Part shown: positions 48,815-61,260 of the stretch, piece after piece
Layout of the letters: each line of letters starts with the position of its first letter
Position numbering within the stretch: the first letter of the stretch is position 1
Assembly (NCBI GenBank): GCA_964016885.1
Contig: OZ024742.1
Location: 302,746,001-302,810,000 of the forward strand
Direction of reading: 5' to 3'
Source: Eledone cirrhosa
Taxonomy: Eukaryota
Length of the DNA: 64,000 bases
Notes under the pieces: generated by a model
The model's input: only the letters and a program-made list of their open reading frames with translations
Told to the model about the DNA's origin: nothing
Database searches by the model: none
Translations under genes and position numbers: made by a program

Positions 48815-50060
48815 TTGCTGTTGGTGGTGCTGATGGTGATGGTGGTGCTGATGTTGGTGGTGGTGATGATGTCGGTGGTGGAGATTATGTTGTTGGCGGT
48901 GATGATGTTGGTGGTGGTGATGGTGGTAGTGATGATGATGTTGGTGGTGGTGATGATGGTGGTAGTGGTGGTGATGTTGGTGGTGGTGATGATGTTAGTG
49001 GTGGTGGTGATGTTGGTGGTGGCGATGTTGGTGGTGGTGATGTTGGTGGTGGCGGTGATGATGGCGGTGGTGGTGGTGATGTTGGTGGTGGTGGTGGTGG
49101 TGATCTTGGTGGTGGTGGTGATGGTGGTGGCGGTGATGATGGCGGTGGTGGTGGTGATGTTGGTGGTGGTGGTGATGTTGGTGGTGATGTTGGTGGTGGT
49201 GATGTTGGTGGTGGTGGTGATGATGGTGGTGTTGGTGGTGATGTTGGTGGTGGTGGTGATGTTGGTGGAGGTGGTGATGTTGGTGGTGGTGATGACGTTG
49301 GTGGTGGTGATGATGGCGGTGGTGGTGGTGGTGATGATGGTGGTGATGGTGATGATGGCGGTGGTGGTGGTGATGATGTTGGTGGTGGTGATGTTGGTGG
49401 TGGTGGTGTTGGTGGTGGTGGTGATGGTGGTGGTGATGTTGGTGGTGATGATGTTGGTGGTGGTGATGTTGGTGGTGGTGATGTTGGTGGTGGTGATGTT
49501 GGTGATGGTGGTGATGATGATGGTCATGATGTTGGTGGTGTTGATGATGGCGGTGGTGGTGGTGATGTTGGTGGTTGTGATGATGGCGGTGGTGGCGATG
49601 TTGGTGGTGGTGGTGGTGGTGATGTTGGTGGTGATGATGTTGGTGGTGGTGATGTTGGTGGTGATGATGTTGGTGGTGGTGGTGATGATGATGGTCATGA
49701 TGTTGGTGGTGGTGGTGATGTTGGTGGTGTTGATGATGGCGGTGGTGGTGGTGATGTTGGTGGTTGTGATGATGGCGGTGGTGGTGGTGATGATATTGGT
49801 GGTGGTGATGTTGGTGGTGGTGGTGATGTTGGTGGTGGCGATGTTGGTGGTGGTGGTGATGATGATGTTGGTGGTGGTGATGTTGGTGGCGGTGATGTTG
49901 GTGGTGGTGATGATGTTGGTGGTGGTGATGATGGTGGTGGTGATGATGTTGGTGGTGGTGATGATGTTGGTGGTGGTGATGTTGGTGGTGGTGATGATGA
50001 TGGTGGTGATGATGTTGGTGGTTGTGATGATGGTGGTGATATTAATGGTGGTGATGTTGT
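48815..50060. repeat. Degenerate (GGT/GAT/GTT)n array of about 1.25 kb
   Basis: Read directly from the sequence. It explains the 450-aa V/M/L ORF. Confidence 0.95.
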
Positions 50061-50151
50061 TGTTAATGTCAGTTCAATCAACAGACCTATGATCAAAGCC
50101 ATTCGAGATATTACTAGCCCCTTTTTAAGGGTTATGTATAGCCTTTATTAT

Positions 50152-50330
50152 TGGCAGTATCGGTAGAGGGTTGGACGCCATGCTTTCTAGCATAGTTACG
50201 TTCCTTTACAGTCTGAGTTCAAATCCTGCCGAGGTTAACTTTGTCTTTCATCCTTACGGGGTCGATAAAATAAAGTACCAGTAATGTACTAGGGTAATTG
50301 CTGGCCTTGTTACAAAAGTAGAAACAATTA
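50152..50330 (+). mobile_element. Meta-like SINE
   Basis: Matches the 12881 copy. Confidence 0.85.
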
Positions 50331-50339
50331 TCTAATATA

Positions 50340-50539
50340 CAGGATGTTTAAAAAAAATTAATATCATTTGAGATGTAAATATCCAGAAATTAGAAAGTCT
50401 AGAACAAGATGGGACAGGCTTAATGTTGAGCAAGTTATTGCTCAACATTTGTCAATATTATATCACTAATTCACGATATATATTTTGATATGACAACCCT
50501 GGCAACAGGCCATGATATCAATGTTTTTGAAACACCCTG
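50340..50539. mobile_element. Tc1/mariner-type MITE (200 bp)
   Basis: TA|CAGGATGTTTAAAAAA...TTTTTGAAACACCCTG|TA: imperfect TIRs with a TA TSD. Confidence 0.7.
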
Positions 50540-50629
50540 TATATATAAGAAGATATAGTGTGATCTGAGGGAGAGTTTAGCTATTATTTCTCGTAGAATG
50601 GATCATTTACTCTCGATATTATAGTAGTG

Positions 50630-50765
50630 GATGCGCGTGGCCGAGTGGTTAGAGAATTGGATTCGTAATAGTGTGGTCGTGAGTTCGATTCCCGGATCGG
50701 GCGATGCGTTATGCCCTTGAGCAAGACACTTTATTTCACGTTGTTCCTTCTACCTGGAGTTGCGA
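50630..50765 (+). mobile_element. CORE-like tRNA SINE, 5' part
   Basis: TGGCCGAGTGGTTAG box A, GAGTTCGATTCCC box B and CCTTGAGCAAGACACTTTATTTCAC. Confidence 0.8.
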
Positions 50766-50875
50766 CCGATAGATAGTATTAGCAATTGGAAAGACCAACG
50801 GAAACATTGTCTTCTCGGTCCGATTTGACGAAAGTCTGTCGATTATAGTAGCTAATATCATAGTTAATATTGACT

Positions 50876-51080
50876 GTGGTGGATTGACAGAATTGATAGA
50901 GCATCAGATATAATACCATTATAGTATTTATTCTGCCTCGTTATATATTCTGAATTCAAATACCATCGCACAACTTTACATTTCATTCTCCCAGGGTCGA
51001 TAAAATAAAATCAGTCAATTGCTAGGGGGTTGATTTAATCATCTTTGCCTATATTCGCTGTCATTGTGCATACATTAAAA
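50876..51080 (+). mobile_element. Degenerate Meta-like SINE
   Basis: ggtggattgacagaattgatagagc...tttcattctcccagggtcgataaaataaa. Confidence 0.6.
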
Positions 51081-51489
51081 GTCAATATCGTTGTTGCTAT
51101 TCTTCTGATTGTTGTTGTTGCTGCTGCTGCTGTTGTTGCTATTGTCGTAATATTTATCGTTGTCGTTAATGTCGGTTATAACTGATGTTGTTGCCGTCAT
51201 TCAGTTGATTTAATTGTTCTGTATATCTTACTATCATTATAGTTCTGTTTCTGTCGTTGAATCTGCTGTTGAGGTACTAATTATATATTGTCACTCTATG
51301 TTGGAAAAGAAGGTTGGAAAAAGCAGAAAGATTGCAAATTACAAAAGAATCGAAGAAAACATAGACTGAACAAATAAGTCGCCGTATTAATTTATTTCAG
51401 TATATTATTTACTTTGTGGCAAATGCTTTTTCTATGGATACTCTCGTGAAACTGATTAACAATAGAGTAGGAGTTGGAAATAATTAATA

Positions 51490-51637
51490 TGGCTGAGAGG
51501 TTAAGGAGTTCCCTTCGTGACAAGTTAGTACTGGGTTCACTCCCGTTCTGTTAAACCTTGAGCATGTGTCTTCTCTTAGTCTCGGGTTGATCAGTGCTTT
51601 GCGAGTGAAATTTAGAGGACGAAAATAGAAGACAGAC
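51490..51637 (+). mobile_element. Third tRNA-derived SINE family, degenerate, with relatives at 57470-57585 (-) and 60453-60580 (-)
   Basis: TGGCTGAGAGGTTAAG...GGGTTCACTCCC...ccttgagcatgtgtcttct...gagtgaaattt. Confidence 0.6.
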
Positions 51638-51675
<38 letters not shown>

Positions 51676-51770
51676 CCCCACACACATACGTATGTATGTA
51701 TGTATGTATGTATGTATGTATGTATGTATGTATGTATGTATTATGTATGTATGTATATATGTATGTATGT

Positions 51771-52376
51771 CAGGTCACCACTTGGTGCTACTGGTAACAT
51801 GTATCCCAGTACAACCTGTCTCATGGTCGGGTCGTTGGCGACTAAACTGGCAACCCTTCCAAGGTTTCTTGGTGAAGAGGGTGACTTTGGAAATCCTGCA
51901 GGACTAAAAACAAAACATGTCAAAGGACAAAGGAGCTCTTAAGAGTCAATGGCCATCCAAAATCACCGGGAGATATGACCCCTTAGCCTTTGTCAAGGCA
52001 GAATTTTGGGAGAACGAAAACTCTGTTATAACACCTGCAACACTGATGGTATCCAATGATGTTGACTTGTTCTTCTTTTTGGTAAATATCATCTTGGTTA
52101 AGAGAGTGGGACTGGCTTTGTGCAGTGCCTTTGCTCTCTATAAAAGCTTCATGGCACAGGCATTGCTTTATATCTGGAGATCTCTCTGCACTTGTCGTCA
52201 CATGGTACCATGGGCCCAGCACTATGTGTCAATAATTGTCACAAGTGTAGTGTTTGTACCAGAGTTTTCAAGTCGCTGGCTGGACTAAAAAGTCACACTC
52301 GTTCAGCGCATCGGTAGGGGTTCTCCTACATGGATATAAAGTAGTGGCCGTACTCGAAAACGAGTTGGCAGCCACC

Positions 52377-52378
<2 letters not shown>
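51771..52378 (+). mobile_element. Internally deleted RTE-like derivative (putative 5'UTR plus C2H2-finger 3' end)
   Basis: [19 protein letters not shown] near 52235-52300. It is flanked by a duplicated composite microsatellite (TA)n-cacccccacacacatacg-(TATG)n. Confidence 0.55.
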
Positions 52379-52413
<35 letters not shown>

Positions 52414-52463
52414 CACCCCCACACACATACGTATGTATGTATGTATGTATTATGTGTGTATGC

Positions 52464-52522
<59 letters not shown>

Positions 52523-52837
52523 TGTATATATAGTGTATTTTACAATACACTGTATGCTTAATTAAAAGCATTTTGAAGACCATACGCTATTGTTTTAAAG
52601 TAGCGACATTGTCGCTTACTTATTAAGCAGCACCCACAAAATAATAATGCAAAACACCATCATGTGAACGGGTAAAAAGAACCAGTGGGACAAGATTATG
52701 CAAGCACCGGCCGGAGTTACTCCCCCTGCTCTGTGGCAATAACAACATATGTACTTAGACAAAGAATGAACTCTGATGTGAATTTAACCTTAAAATCCCC
52801 CCTGGGTCGCGTAATGATAATTTTTTTTTGTTTTCTA

Positions 52838-52880
52838 TGCCCTTGAGAAGCCCGTTCTGGGCGAAACGTAAGTAGGTGCA
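52838..52880 (+). ncRNA. Minimal hammerhead, U3:A8 variant
   Basis: TGCCC-TTGAGAA-GCCC gttct GGGC-GAAA-C gtaa G-TA-GGtGCA. Confidence 0.65.
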
Positions 52881-52947
52881 TTGTTATATAAACATGTTTT
52901 AACGGTATATACTCCTTTGTATTCATTTCTTTTATATATATATATAT

Positions 52948-53142
52948 AACAAAGGAATTGTGGTAAGGAACCAGATGGACCATAAAGCACCAGACTACTC
53001 AATACTTAGGGTAGTAGAGCGGGAAATAGGAAAAAATATGACCCCGACGGCAGAGCTCAAGCCGTTTCGCCGGCTATTACTTGTCCAGAAATAGCCGTCG
53101 GAACGGCTTGAGCTCTGACGTCGGGGTCATACTTTTTCTTAT
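52948..53142. mobile_element. pLTR-like module ending in a fold-back palindrome (53026-53142)
   Basis: The arms are reverse complements. Same family as 53510-53702 and 59780-59895. Confidence 0.75.
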
Positions 53143-53312
53143 ATATATATATATATATTGGTTGATTTTAGACATGTTCTATGTGTGTCGGTATTTTAAC
53201 GATAGTTATAGCTCTGATTTATCTGAATTATTGAGCCCTCTGCCGCTCATTTCGAATTTTGAATTTTGTTTATCGTGAACTCGTGCGCCGATTTTTCGAT
53301 ACTCGATTATTC

Positions 53313-53397
<85 letters not shown>

Positions 53398-53509
53398 GTC
53401 TTATGGTAGCTAAGATGCGTCCATAGGCGGTATGCCGGTGAGCACTCTATGCTCCTACGGAGCAGGAGTTCCGATGCATAACTTATTCTTCGTTTTCCAT
53501 TATATATAT

Positions 53510-53701
53510 ATAGGAACGAGTAGGACCCCGAGGGCTGAGCTCAAGCCGTTTCGACGGCTAATTCTGGACCAGAATTAGCCGTCGAAACGGCTTGAATCAG
53601 CCGTCGGGGTCCTACTCGTTCCTATTACCCACTCTACTACCCTAAGTATTGAGTACTTTGGTGCGTTATGGTCCACCTCGTTCCTTACCACATTTCTTCC
53701 G

Positions 53702-53702
<1 letters not shown>
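53510..53702. mobile_element. pLTR-like module starting with a fold-back palindrome (53510-53625) that contains the 3' half of a hammerhead
   Basis: GAAA-CGGCT tgaatc AGCCG-TC-GGGG. The palindrome centre is tctgg-a-ccaga. Confidence 0.75.
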
Positions 53703-53765
<63 letters not shown>

Positions 53766-53858
53766 TTATACATATACGTATAATTATAAATACGTTATTG
53801 TAAATACGCACACTATTCAGTTTTCTGATACACTTAGAAGTGAGGAGTTTACTAATTC

Positions 53859-53943
53859 TTCAACCACTGATGAGCAATAAAAACTGGTAATTCTCTTCAC
53901 AATTGGATTGCGAAACAGCATCGCCAAATGCTGTCTGGGTGAA
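53859..53943 (+). ncRNA. Canonical full-length type I hammerhead ribozyme
   Basis: TTCAACCA-CTGATGA-GCAAT...ATTGC-GAAA-CAGCAT cgccaa ATGCTG-TC-TGGGTGAA. Cleavage is predicted after 53935. Confidence 0.88.
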
Positions 53944-54112
53944 TGGTAGTTACCACAATTTCCGTTTGTATTATTTTCTTGATTTATTCTTAAATTGAGT
54001 CTGGCAAACCTTATTGTCCATAGTTAGTATCTTTTTCACCTTAGCGAATCTGTTGCCTTACGATTTGAACACATATATGTATATATCTGTGTTTATCCCT
54101 CTTTTATATTCA

Positions 54113-54162
<50 letters not shown>

Positions 54163-54198
54163 CGAGAGAGGGAGAGAGAGGGAGAGAGAGGGAAAGAC

Positions 54199-54230
<32 letters not shown>

Positions 54231-54246
54231 TGATAGATAGATAGAT

Positions 54247-54707
54247 ATGTTTCTTTATTAGCCACAGGGGCACAAAAGAAGGGGACAAATATAAAGGGGG
54301 AAGTTTACATACAATAAAAACGTGTAAAATGTTATCACAAATGGAATTTAAAAAGTTAGTCGATTTTCCCCAATAGAGGGAGACAGTTTATATGGGTAAC
54401 ACATACCCTCGAAAAAATGTGCAACCCTCGTCTCCAGGAGTACGAAGAGTTTGTACTCCTTTCCTCTCCTCCTCCTTTTCCTCAACCTACAGGCTGATAT
54501 AGAGAGAAGGCCCATTCACTCGGGCCATTCTCGCCACTTTCACCCACCTTTCATAAAACTTGCTGGGGTACAGCCTCTCTCTCCATCCTGATTCTTCTTC
54601 CAAAGTGGTATTTGAAAAAAAGAATCAGTTGTTGGCCGGAGAGAAAGGTGTCTGACCTCAGGCTTTTCAACCTTGTCCACCATACAATCTCTTTCGCCAT
54701 AGCTATC

Positions 54708-54710
<3 letters not shown>
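54247..54710 (-). mobile_element. 5'-truncated 3' end of a Tx1 relative inserted in (TATC)n
   Basis: AMAKEIVWWTRLK...FFKYH...RMERE matches the ORF2 C-terminus. It ends tgtggctAATAAAGAAAC, with (GATA)n on both flanks. Confidence 0.88.
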
Positions 54711-54767
<57 letters not shown>

Positions 54768-55517
54768 TTCTCCAGTGTAGCCACACAGTTGGATCTGACC
54801 TGTAACCACATTGTTACGTAGCAAATTTCTGTACGACACGAGCGTAGTTGCGTTGTGTAGAATTTCTCTTTTTAAAGAATCACAGGAAACGAACAATGGA
54901 AATTATTGACACCAATTACATATGAATATTAGACACATAGTGGAAAGAATACAATTGTACTATTGTTACGTAACACTTAATGGCACAAAGTTCTCACAGA
55001 CATGCAAATACTCACAAAGGCACATAGACTCACGCGTCATACACACATGCATCTACTGAAATACAAATTCATATATCTAGAAAACATACACACGTACACA
55101 TGTATTATCGTAAACCTGCGCACAGAAATATAATTATGTACGAACACATTTACACACACACACACACGCGCGCGCACTCACACACACACACACATACACA
55201 CACACATATATATATATATGCATACAAATGTACATTTCATATATATATAAACATTCACATATATACACATACGCACAAGCGCACAGGTATATATTCAAAC
55301 ACGAATGATATATAAGTGTATATATATATATATGCATATATATTATATAAATATGTCCAAGTGTGCATATATATATATATATATATGCACATGTACATGT
55401 ATACACTTGGACATATTTCCTCATGCACACATGTATACATGCAAACATATATACATGTGCATATTGATATATGTAAGCACACACACACACACATACACCC
55501 CCACACACACTCACCCC

Positions 55518-55561
<44 letters not shown>

Positions 55562-56024
55562 TATACAGGGACATATTGTTGACGAGGCCGTAACTGTTGG
55601 AAGTATAAGGCAAAATATATTTTTATGGAATTGTTTCTAAACGTCATGCATTTCGCAATCCGGTGATATCTATTGTTCACAGTGAGAAAACAATAATTGT
55701 CAATAAGTATTATAAAGGTAATCACAATAGCAAAATAGTTTTAAAATGTAAGAGAGGAAAATTATACAGGAAATTATGCAGTAAAAATGTATAGACGTAT
55801 CTTGTGACAGAAAGATAAATATATAAAGTAGAATTGTAGGAAACTACAACCATAAATATCAGCATAAAATATCATTTGAGAACCGCGTCATACATATATG
55901 TAATTCTATATATATAGACAGACACACATACATTTATATATATTCATATACAATTTTTAGATTCGATAAGATGTGTATAAAACTCTAGCTACCTAAGAAT
56001 TTCCTTTCCTATCATTACATATAC

Positions 56025-56143
<119 letters not shown>

Positions 56144-56184
56144 CCTCTGGTTTTATTATTTAATAAATTTAGACCAACAGAGAG

Positions 56185-56294
<110 letters not shown>

Positions 56295-57250
56295 GATAGT
56301 TTCTAACATAGAAACCAGGCACTTACATTAGAATTTAGACAACATCAACTAGGTAAATATGTATATGTGCAGGTGGGGATAGTTTTGCATGCGTGGATCT
56401 GTATGCATTGAGTTATGTGTAGACCAGTATGCAGTTATTACATGCAGTTATTACATGCTAAATTGAAATATTTTCCATATTTTCAGTTCCATTAATGGAC
56501 TGTTGTTGCAACTTCCTCTATAGCCGTTCTCTGTCTGGTTCTGTGAAGCCCAGTTTCTCAGGATTTGTACTGAGGTAGTTAGAAACATATCCTAGAGCCC
56601 CAATTATCACAGGCACAAATCTGCGCATTCCTCATTAGTTCGTAAATGGTCACCGTTTCGCTAATCTTTACCATTATATTGATATCTGCTGGTTAGCTGA
56701 GTTCCACTGCTGTGCACGCCTTCTTTTCTCTATCACATATCGCTATATCTGGTTTGTTATGTTTGTATTTTGAAGGGGTTTTGACTGGAATATTCCACCA
56801 GTACTCTTTCATATTATGAATGCATATATCCGGTACATCGCTGTAATTTTTATATGTTTATTTTCAGGGCTATCCGTTCTACGGATGGTATTGTATAGTG
56901 TTTTGGCCACTGTATCATATCTTATAGATAGATAGTATCGCGATGACATCTTTGAACAGCTGCTTATGATGTCGGTCACATCTTCGATAATTATTCCACA
57001 GTCTGCATCTAGGTGTTTTGTTTGTACCCCAATCTCTTTTGTGCATTACGTATTTTGTTAGTTCTTGTTCCTGGTTTGCGAAAACATATCCTTCAATGCG
57101 AAAGCCAATATTCCAGTTGTTAGTCCCAGATAGACTGCTTTGCTTACCTATATTACTTTCACTTTGAAGCTTTCTGGCAATATAGCCATGCATGAAGTTT
57201 TGCTGGTAAACATGCAGCTTTTCATTGCCCTAGGTGCATATTTCGCTTTG
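56295..57250 (-). mobile_element. Decayed R4-like RLE non-LTR element, 3' portion
   Basis: EGYVFANQEQEL, CRL, EYWWNIPVKT..KHNKPDI, FVPVIIGALGY and KLQQQSINGT, homologous to the 62255 ORF. Confidence 0.85.
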
Positions 57251-58026
57251 GACTAACCCAATTCCTAGAACATAAACATTCATAAACTGATTTGCAATCG
57301 TCTGTTTCGACTCTGCCTGTTCCAGTTGTTCGATCATCAAAAGAACCTACTCGGAAAATATACATGCACGTTGCTGAGAGTGCCATAGAGACATGTATCC
57401 TTAACGAAATTCTCAGAGATTCAGTGTGTGACAAGACTGGTCCTTTGAATTACAGCCACAGTCCATCAGATAAGTTTCTCAAAAGTTTCCCTCTACTCAA
57501 TTTCACTCACGAGGTTTAGGTTGCTTCGAGGCTATAGTAATCGGCCCAAGTTGTCACGTAGTGAGATTGAACCCGAAAACTAATGATAAACATTTGAAAC
57601 TTATTAAAGTTTCAAGGATGATAAACACAACCACAAGGATATTGTCCGAACACGGAATAGCCGAACTCCCACTGTCATCACCTCCATCTCTCTCATCCTC
57701 CCTATCTCTCTGTATAGTGAGCAAAAGGGTTTCCACATGCTGGCCTCCTCACAGTCCCGGCGGACAGAATGATTGTGAAGCGAACTCTTTGGCGACTTAA
57801 CTATTCTGTGCCCAACATAACCAGGTCACAAGGCTGAAGGGAAATTCATGTTTTGATATCCTCATAGCAGCAGAAATCTAGTCATGTAATCTAAGCCTGT
57901 TGTTTATTCTCAAGTCACCTTCGATTGAGGAGAACTAGGATCAAAGACGTCACAGCCCGTGACCATCACGTATCATTTTCTAGGGATAATGTTCTCAGGC
58001 ATATCCTCTTTCATCATGCATACATC

Positions 58027-58143
<117 letters not shown>

Positions 58144-58400
58144 ATATAAATATATATATGTATGTGTGTGCGCGCGAGTAAGAGTGTGCATACGCGTGTA
58201 TGTGTGTTTGCGGTTGTGTTTATGCTTACACACCACGCATGTAACTATGTATATACACGTATTTAGCAGAATTAATTTTCTTCTAGCTGTAAATTGCAGA
58301 CACGTGCTCAGACCTAAATTTGTTTAAACATACATGGTAAACATAATTTGATACACTATATATATATATATATATATTTACATATATATATATACATACA

Positions 58401-58450
<50 letters not shown>

Positions 58451-58460
58451 CACATATATA

Positions 58461-58506
<46 letters not shown>

Positions 58507-59701
58507 CAAAAACACACAGACACATATATGTATACGTCTATACAGACAAACATACAGTGAATAACAATCTGCAAGATACATATACACACAGATGACACAA
58601 CGACACAAAACGACCACAATTACACACACATGCAACATTAAATAGATAAGACGATAATTCGCAAATAAATGAATGAACCAACGCAAGATTTCCAAGAATG
58701 TCTCATTAAATGTAATGTGATCTAGTATCGATCTTAATTGCTAAATCGATTCTCTAGCATTCCATTCGATTCTCCAGAGTGCTATAAGTTGTTGAAAAGA
58801 TTCAATTTGAATAATGGCGCATGACCCGATCTAGTTTGATTGGGGCTCCTTTTAACGTTTACAGTTCAGACAAATTTGCTAATCTTTGTTCGTTGGCGAA
58901 GCAGTTCAGTGTATGTCAAGATGTTTTCAGCCGTTATGTTTACGATCAAGGTTTGATGAGATGACCATTCTCGTAGAGCAATATCTTAATTTCTTTCTAA
59001 CACAGTGCCTTTCGACCTATGCCGCAAATAACAGCCGTAGCGAGGAGTTATTCAAACAAGAGAATTGTAACACCTACCTAAATTATATACCATTACAAAT
59101 AATTGATTCTGCGCGCTTTTGTTTCCCGTTACTAAGTTATCAGAAAGTTTCCAACGGATATTAAGGCCGTCAGTATATTTCACTATAGCTACTTTCAAAG
59201 TTAGAGTAGGGGGGAAAGCTAAGCCTCTTATACAGTCTTTATTGTGGATGTGAATCATACCCTACCACAAATTACATGCACATAATAGTTGATTCGAAAT
59301 GTTTAAATGAAATATTGCTACTGCCAATTTCTGTTCTGCTATAAATGAAGTGACTAAGATTTGTAATATAGACTGAAGCTGAAGTAGATCAGAGCAATAA
59401 TAAAAGTTTCAGTTGTAACTGGTTATTAGAAATCAGATTAAATAAATTTCCAATGAAATATAGTTATAGAAAGGTATGTGTGACAATAATTCATAAACAC
59501 AATATTACTGGGACATTTTAATACTCTACAGAGGTATAAATGGTGACAACTTGTATAATGAACGTTTACGTTGCAGCTTATTAAATATATTAATTATTCA
59601 TTTAGTGAAATGAAAAAGGTATAAAATTACAAACAGGTGCGGTAATCTCTCCCCCCTCTCTCTTTCTCTTTCTTCCCTCCCTCTCCCCCTCTCACACACA
59701 T

Positions 59702-59763
<62 letters not shown>

Positions 59764-59779
59764 TTATATATATACATAC

Positions 59780-59895
59780 AACGAAGGAAGTGTGGTAAGG
59801 AACCAGGTGGACCATAACGTTCAGATCTAAGGTTCAGATCTAGCTGTCGAAACGGCCGGAATACAGCCGTCGGGGACCTGACTCTTTTCCTATAT
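59780..59895. mobile_element. Third, rearranged copy of the 53-kb pLTR family
   Basis: tgtggtaaggaaccaggtggaccata is joined to an inverted tagctgtcGAAACGGC...GCCGTCGGGG. Confidence 0.65.
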
Positions 59896-59910
59896 ACGTG
59901 TGTGTGAGTG

Positions 59911-59948
<38 letters not shown>

Positions 59949-60047
59949 TGTGTATGTCTATGTGTGTGTATGGGGGAGGGGGAGGGGCAAATGTCTTCTA
60001 CTGGAGTATCGTGTTGACCAATACCTTGTGTGTGTGTATATATATAC

Positions 60048-60091
<44 letters not shown>

Positions 60092-60210
60092 GGGGTAACA
60101 CATTATTGTTATAGGTAGTCCACTTAAGTCTAGTCCAGTTATGGTACTCCCAGTAGTGGATGATATAAACGCTTGGCTAAGTTTGACTCAACAAGGCGTT
60201 TCCATAGTGA

Positions 60211-60318
60211 TGCTGCGATGAATTGATTGGTTACAACTATCTATTGGTGATCGAATGACGTGAAAACAAGCGAGTAGCGATCTCTAGACTTACCAGTTCA
60301 GAGAAACAATTGTCAGCA
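60211..60318 (+). ncRNA. Degenerate hammerhead-like motif
   Basis: TGCT-GCGATGA...GAAA-CAATTG-TC-AGCA. Core positions 3 and 4 are non-canonical. Confidence 0.4.
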
Positions 60319-60368
60319 ATGAGATTAAAAACCTTTTTTGTATAGCAAACCGTGTCACTTCTTTCCTG

Positions 60369-60445
<77 letters not shown>

Positions 60446-60888
60446 CATACACACGGCGGGCTTTTCCAGTTTCCATCTACCAAATTCCACGACGAGTCAT
60501 TTGTGAAGCCAAAGTTCCGAGCGGCCTGATTGAACTGAGATCTCTCGGGTGGCGAAGTGGGCCCTTTATCACTTACGTCAATCAAATGTTTACGATCCAA
60601 TAGCTTTAATTTATAAATGATTATGACTCGTTATTGATTTACAATTACAAACCTTTCGATGGGTTTTAGCACACTTTCGCTCTTCGTATTCTCACTCACA
60701 AGACGAAAAACAAATATATATATATTTAATTATGTCTCATATAAAATAATACAACTGGCTATCCACAAAATACGTATAGTTAGCAGCCCAAACGTATAAT
60801 TGGGATTATACTAAGGTATATCCTAATGTTTGTTGAGTGAGACGGAAGCCGGTCGGAGTATTGCTTAAAGCTTTCTCTGTTAATGTAT

Positions 60889-60926
<38 letters not shown>

Positions 60927-60931
60927 TGTGA

Positions 60932-60968
<37 letters not shown>

Positions 60969-60985
60969 TGTGAGTGTCTATATGC

Positions 60986-61040
<55 letters not shown>

Positions 61041-61223
61041 TCCTGTTTATAGGTAAATACACACACACACTCACCCACCCACACACACACATATATATAT
61101 ATCAGCACAATCGCCGATGGACGTGCGTTTTCTCCCTTCTTTTTCCTCCTTTTTCCCCCTCATTTCCCCGCTCTTTCCTCTTATCAATCGTTACTTTCCA
61201 TGTCTCTTTTATTTCTAATTCTA

Positions 61224-61260
61224 TCCTCTGATGAAAGACAGGTGTCCGCAACGTCAAGTC
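61224..61260 (+). ncRNA. Degenerate minimal hammerhead-like motif
   Basis: CTGATGA-aaGAC aggt GTCc-GCAA-CG-TC. It has GCAA instead of GAAA and a weak stem I. Confidence 0.4.

Noticed and set aside
48740-50092. 450-aa Val/Met/Leu ORF and its antisense ORFs
   Set aside because: These are translations of a stop-free trinucleotide array, with no domain or splice evidence.
50630-50700. tRNA gene (also 35263-35325)
   Set aside because: Boxes A and B are present, but there is no clean cloverleaf. The 50630 copy runs into a SINE core, and 35263 looks like a decayed head.
55574-55622. TTGACGA-GGCC...GGC-AAAA hammerhead-like motif (similar half motifs near 11420 and 12575)
   Set aside because: Too many core or stem defects to call.
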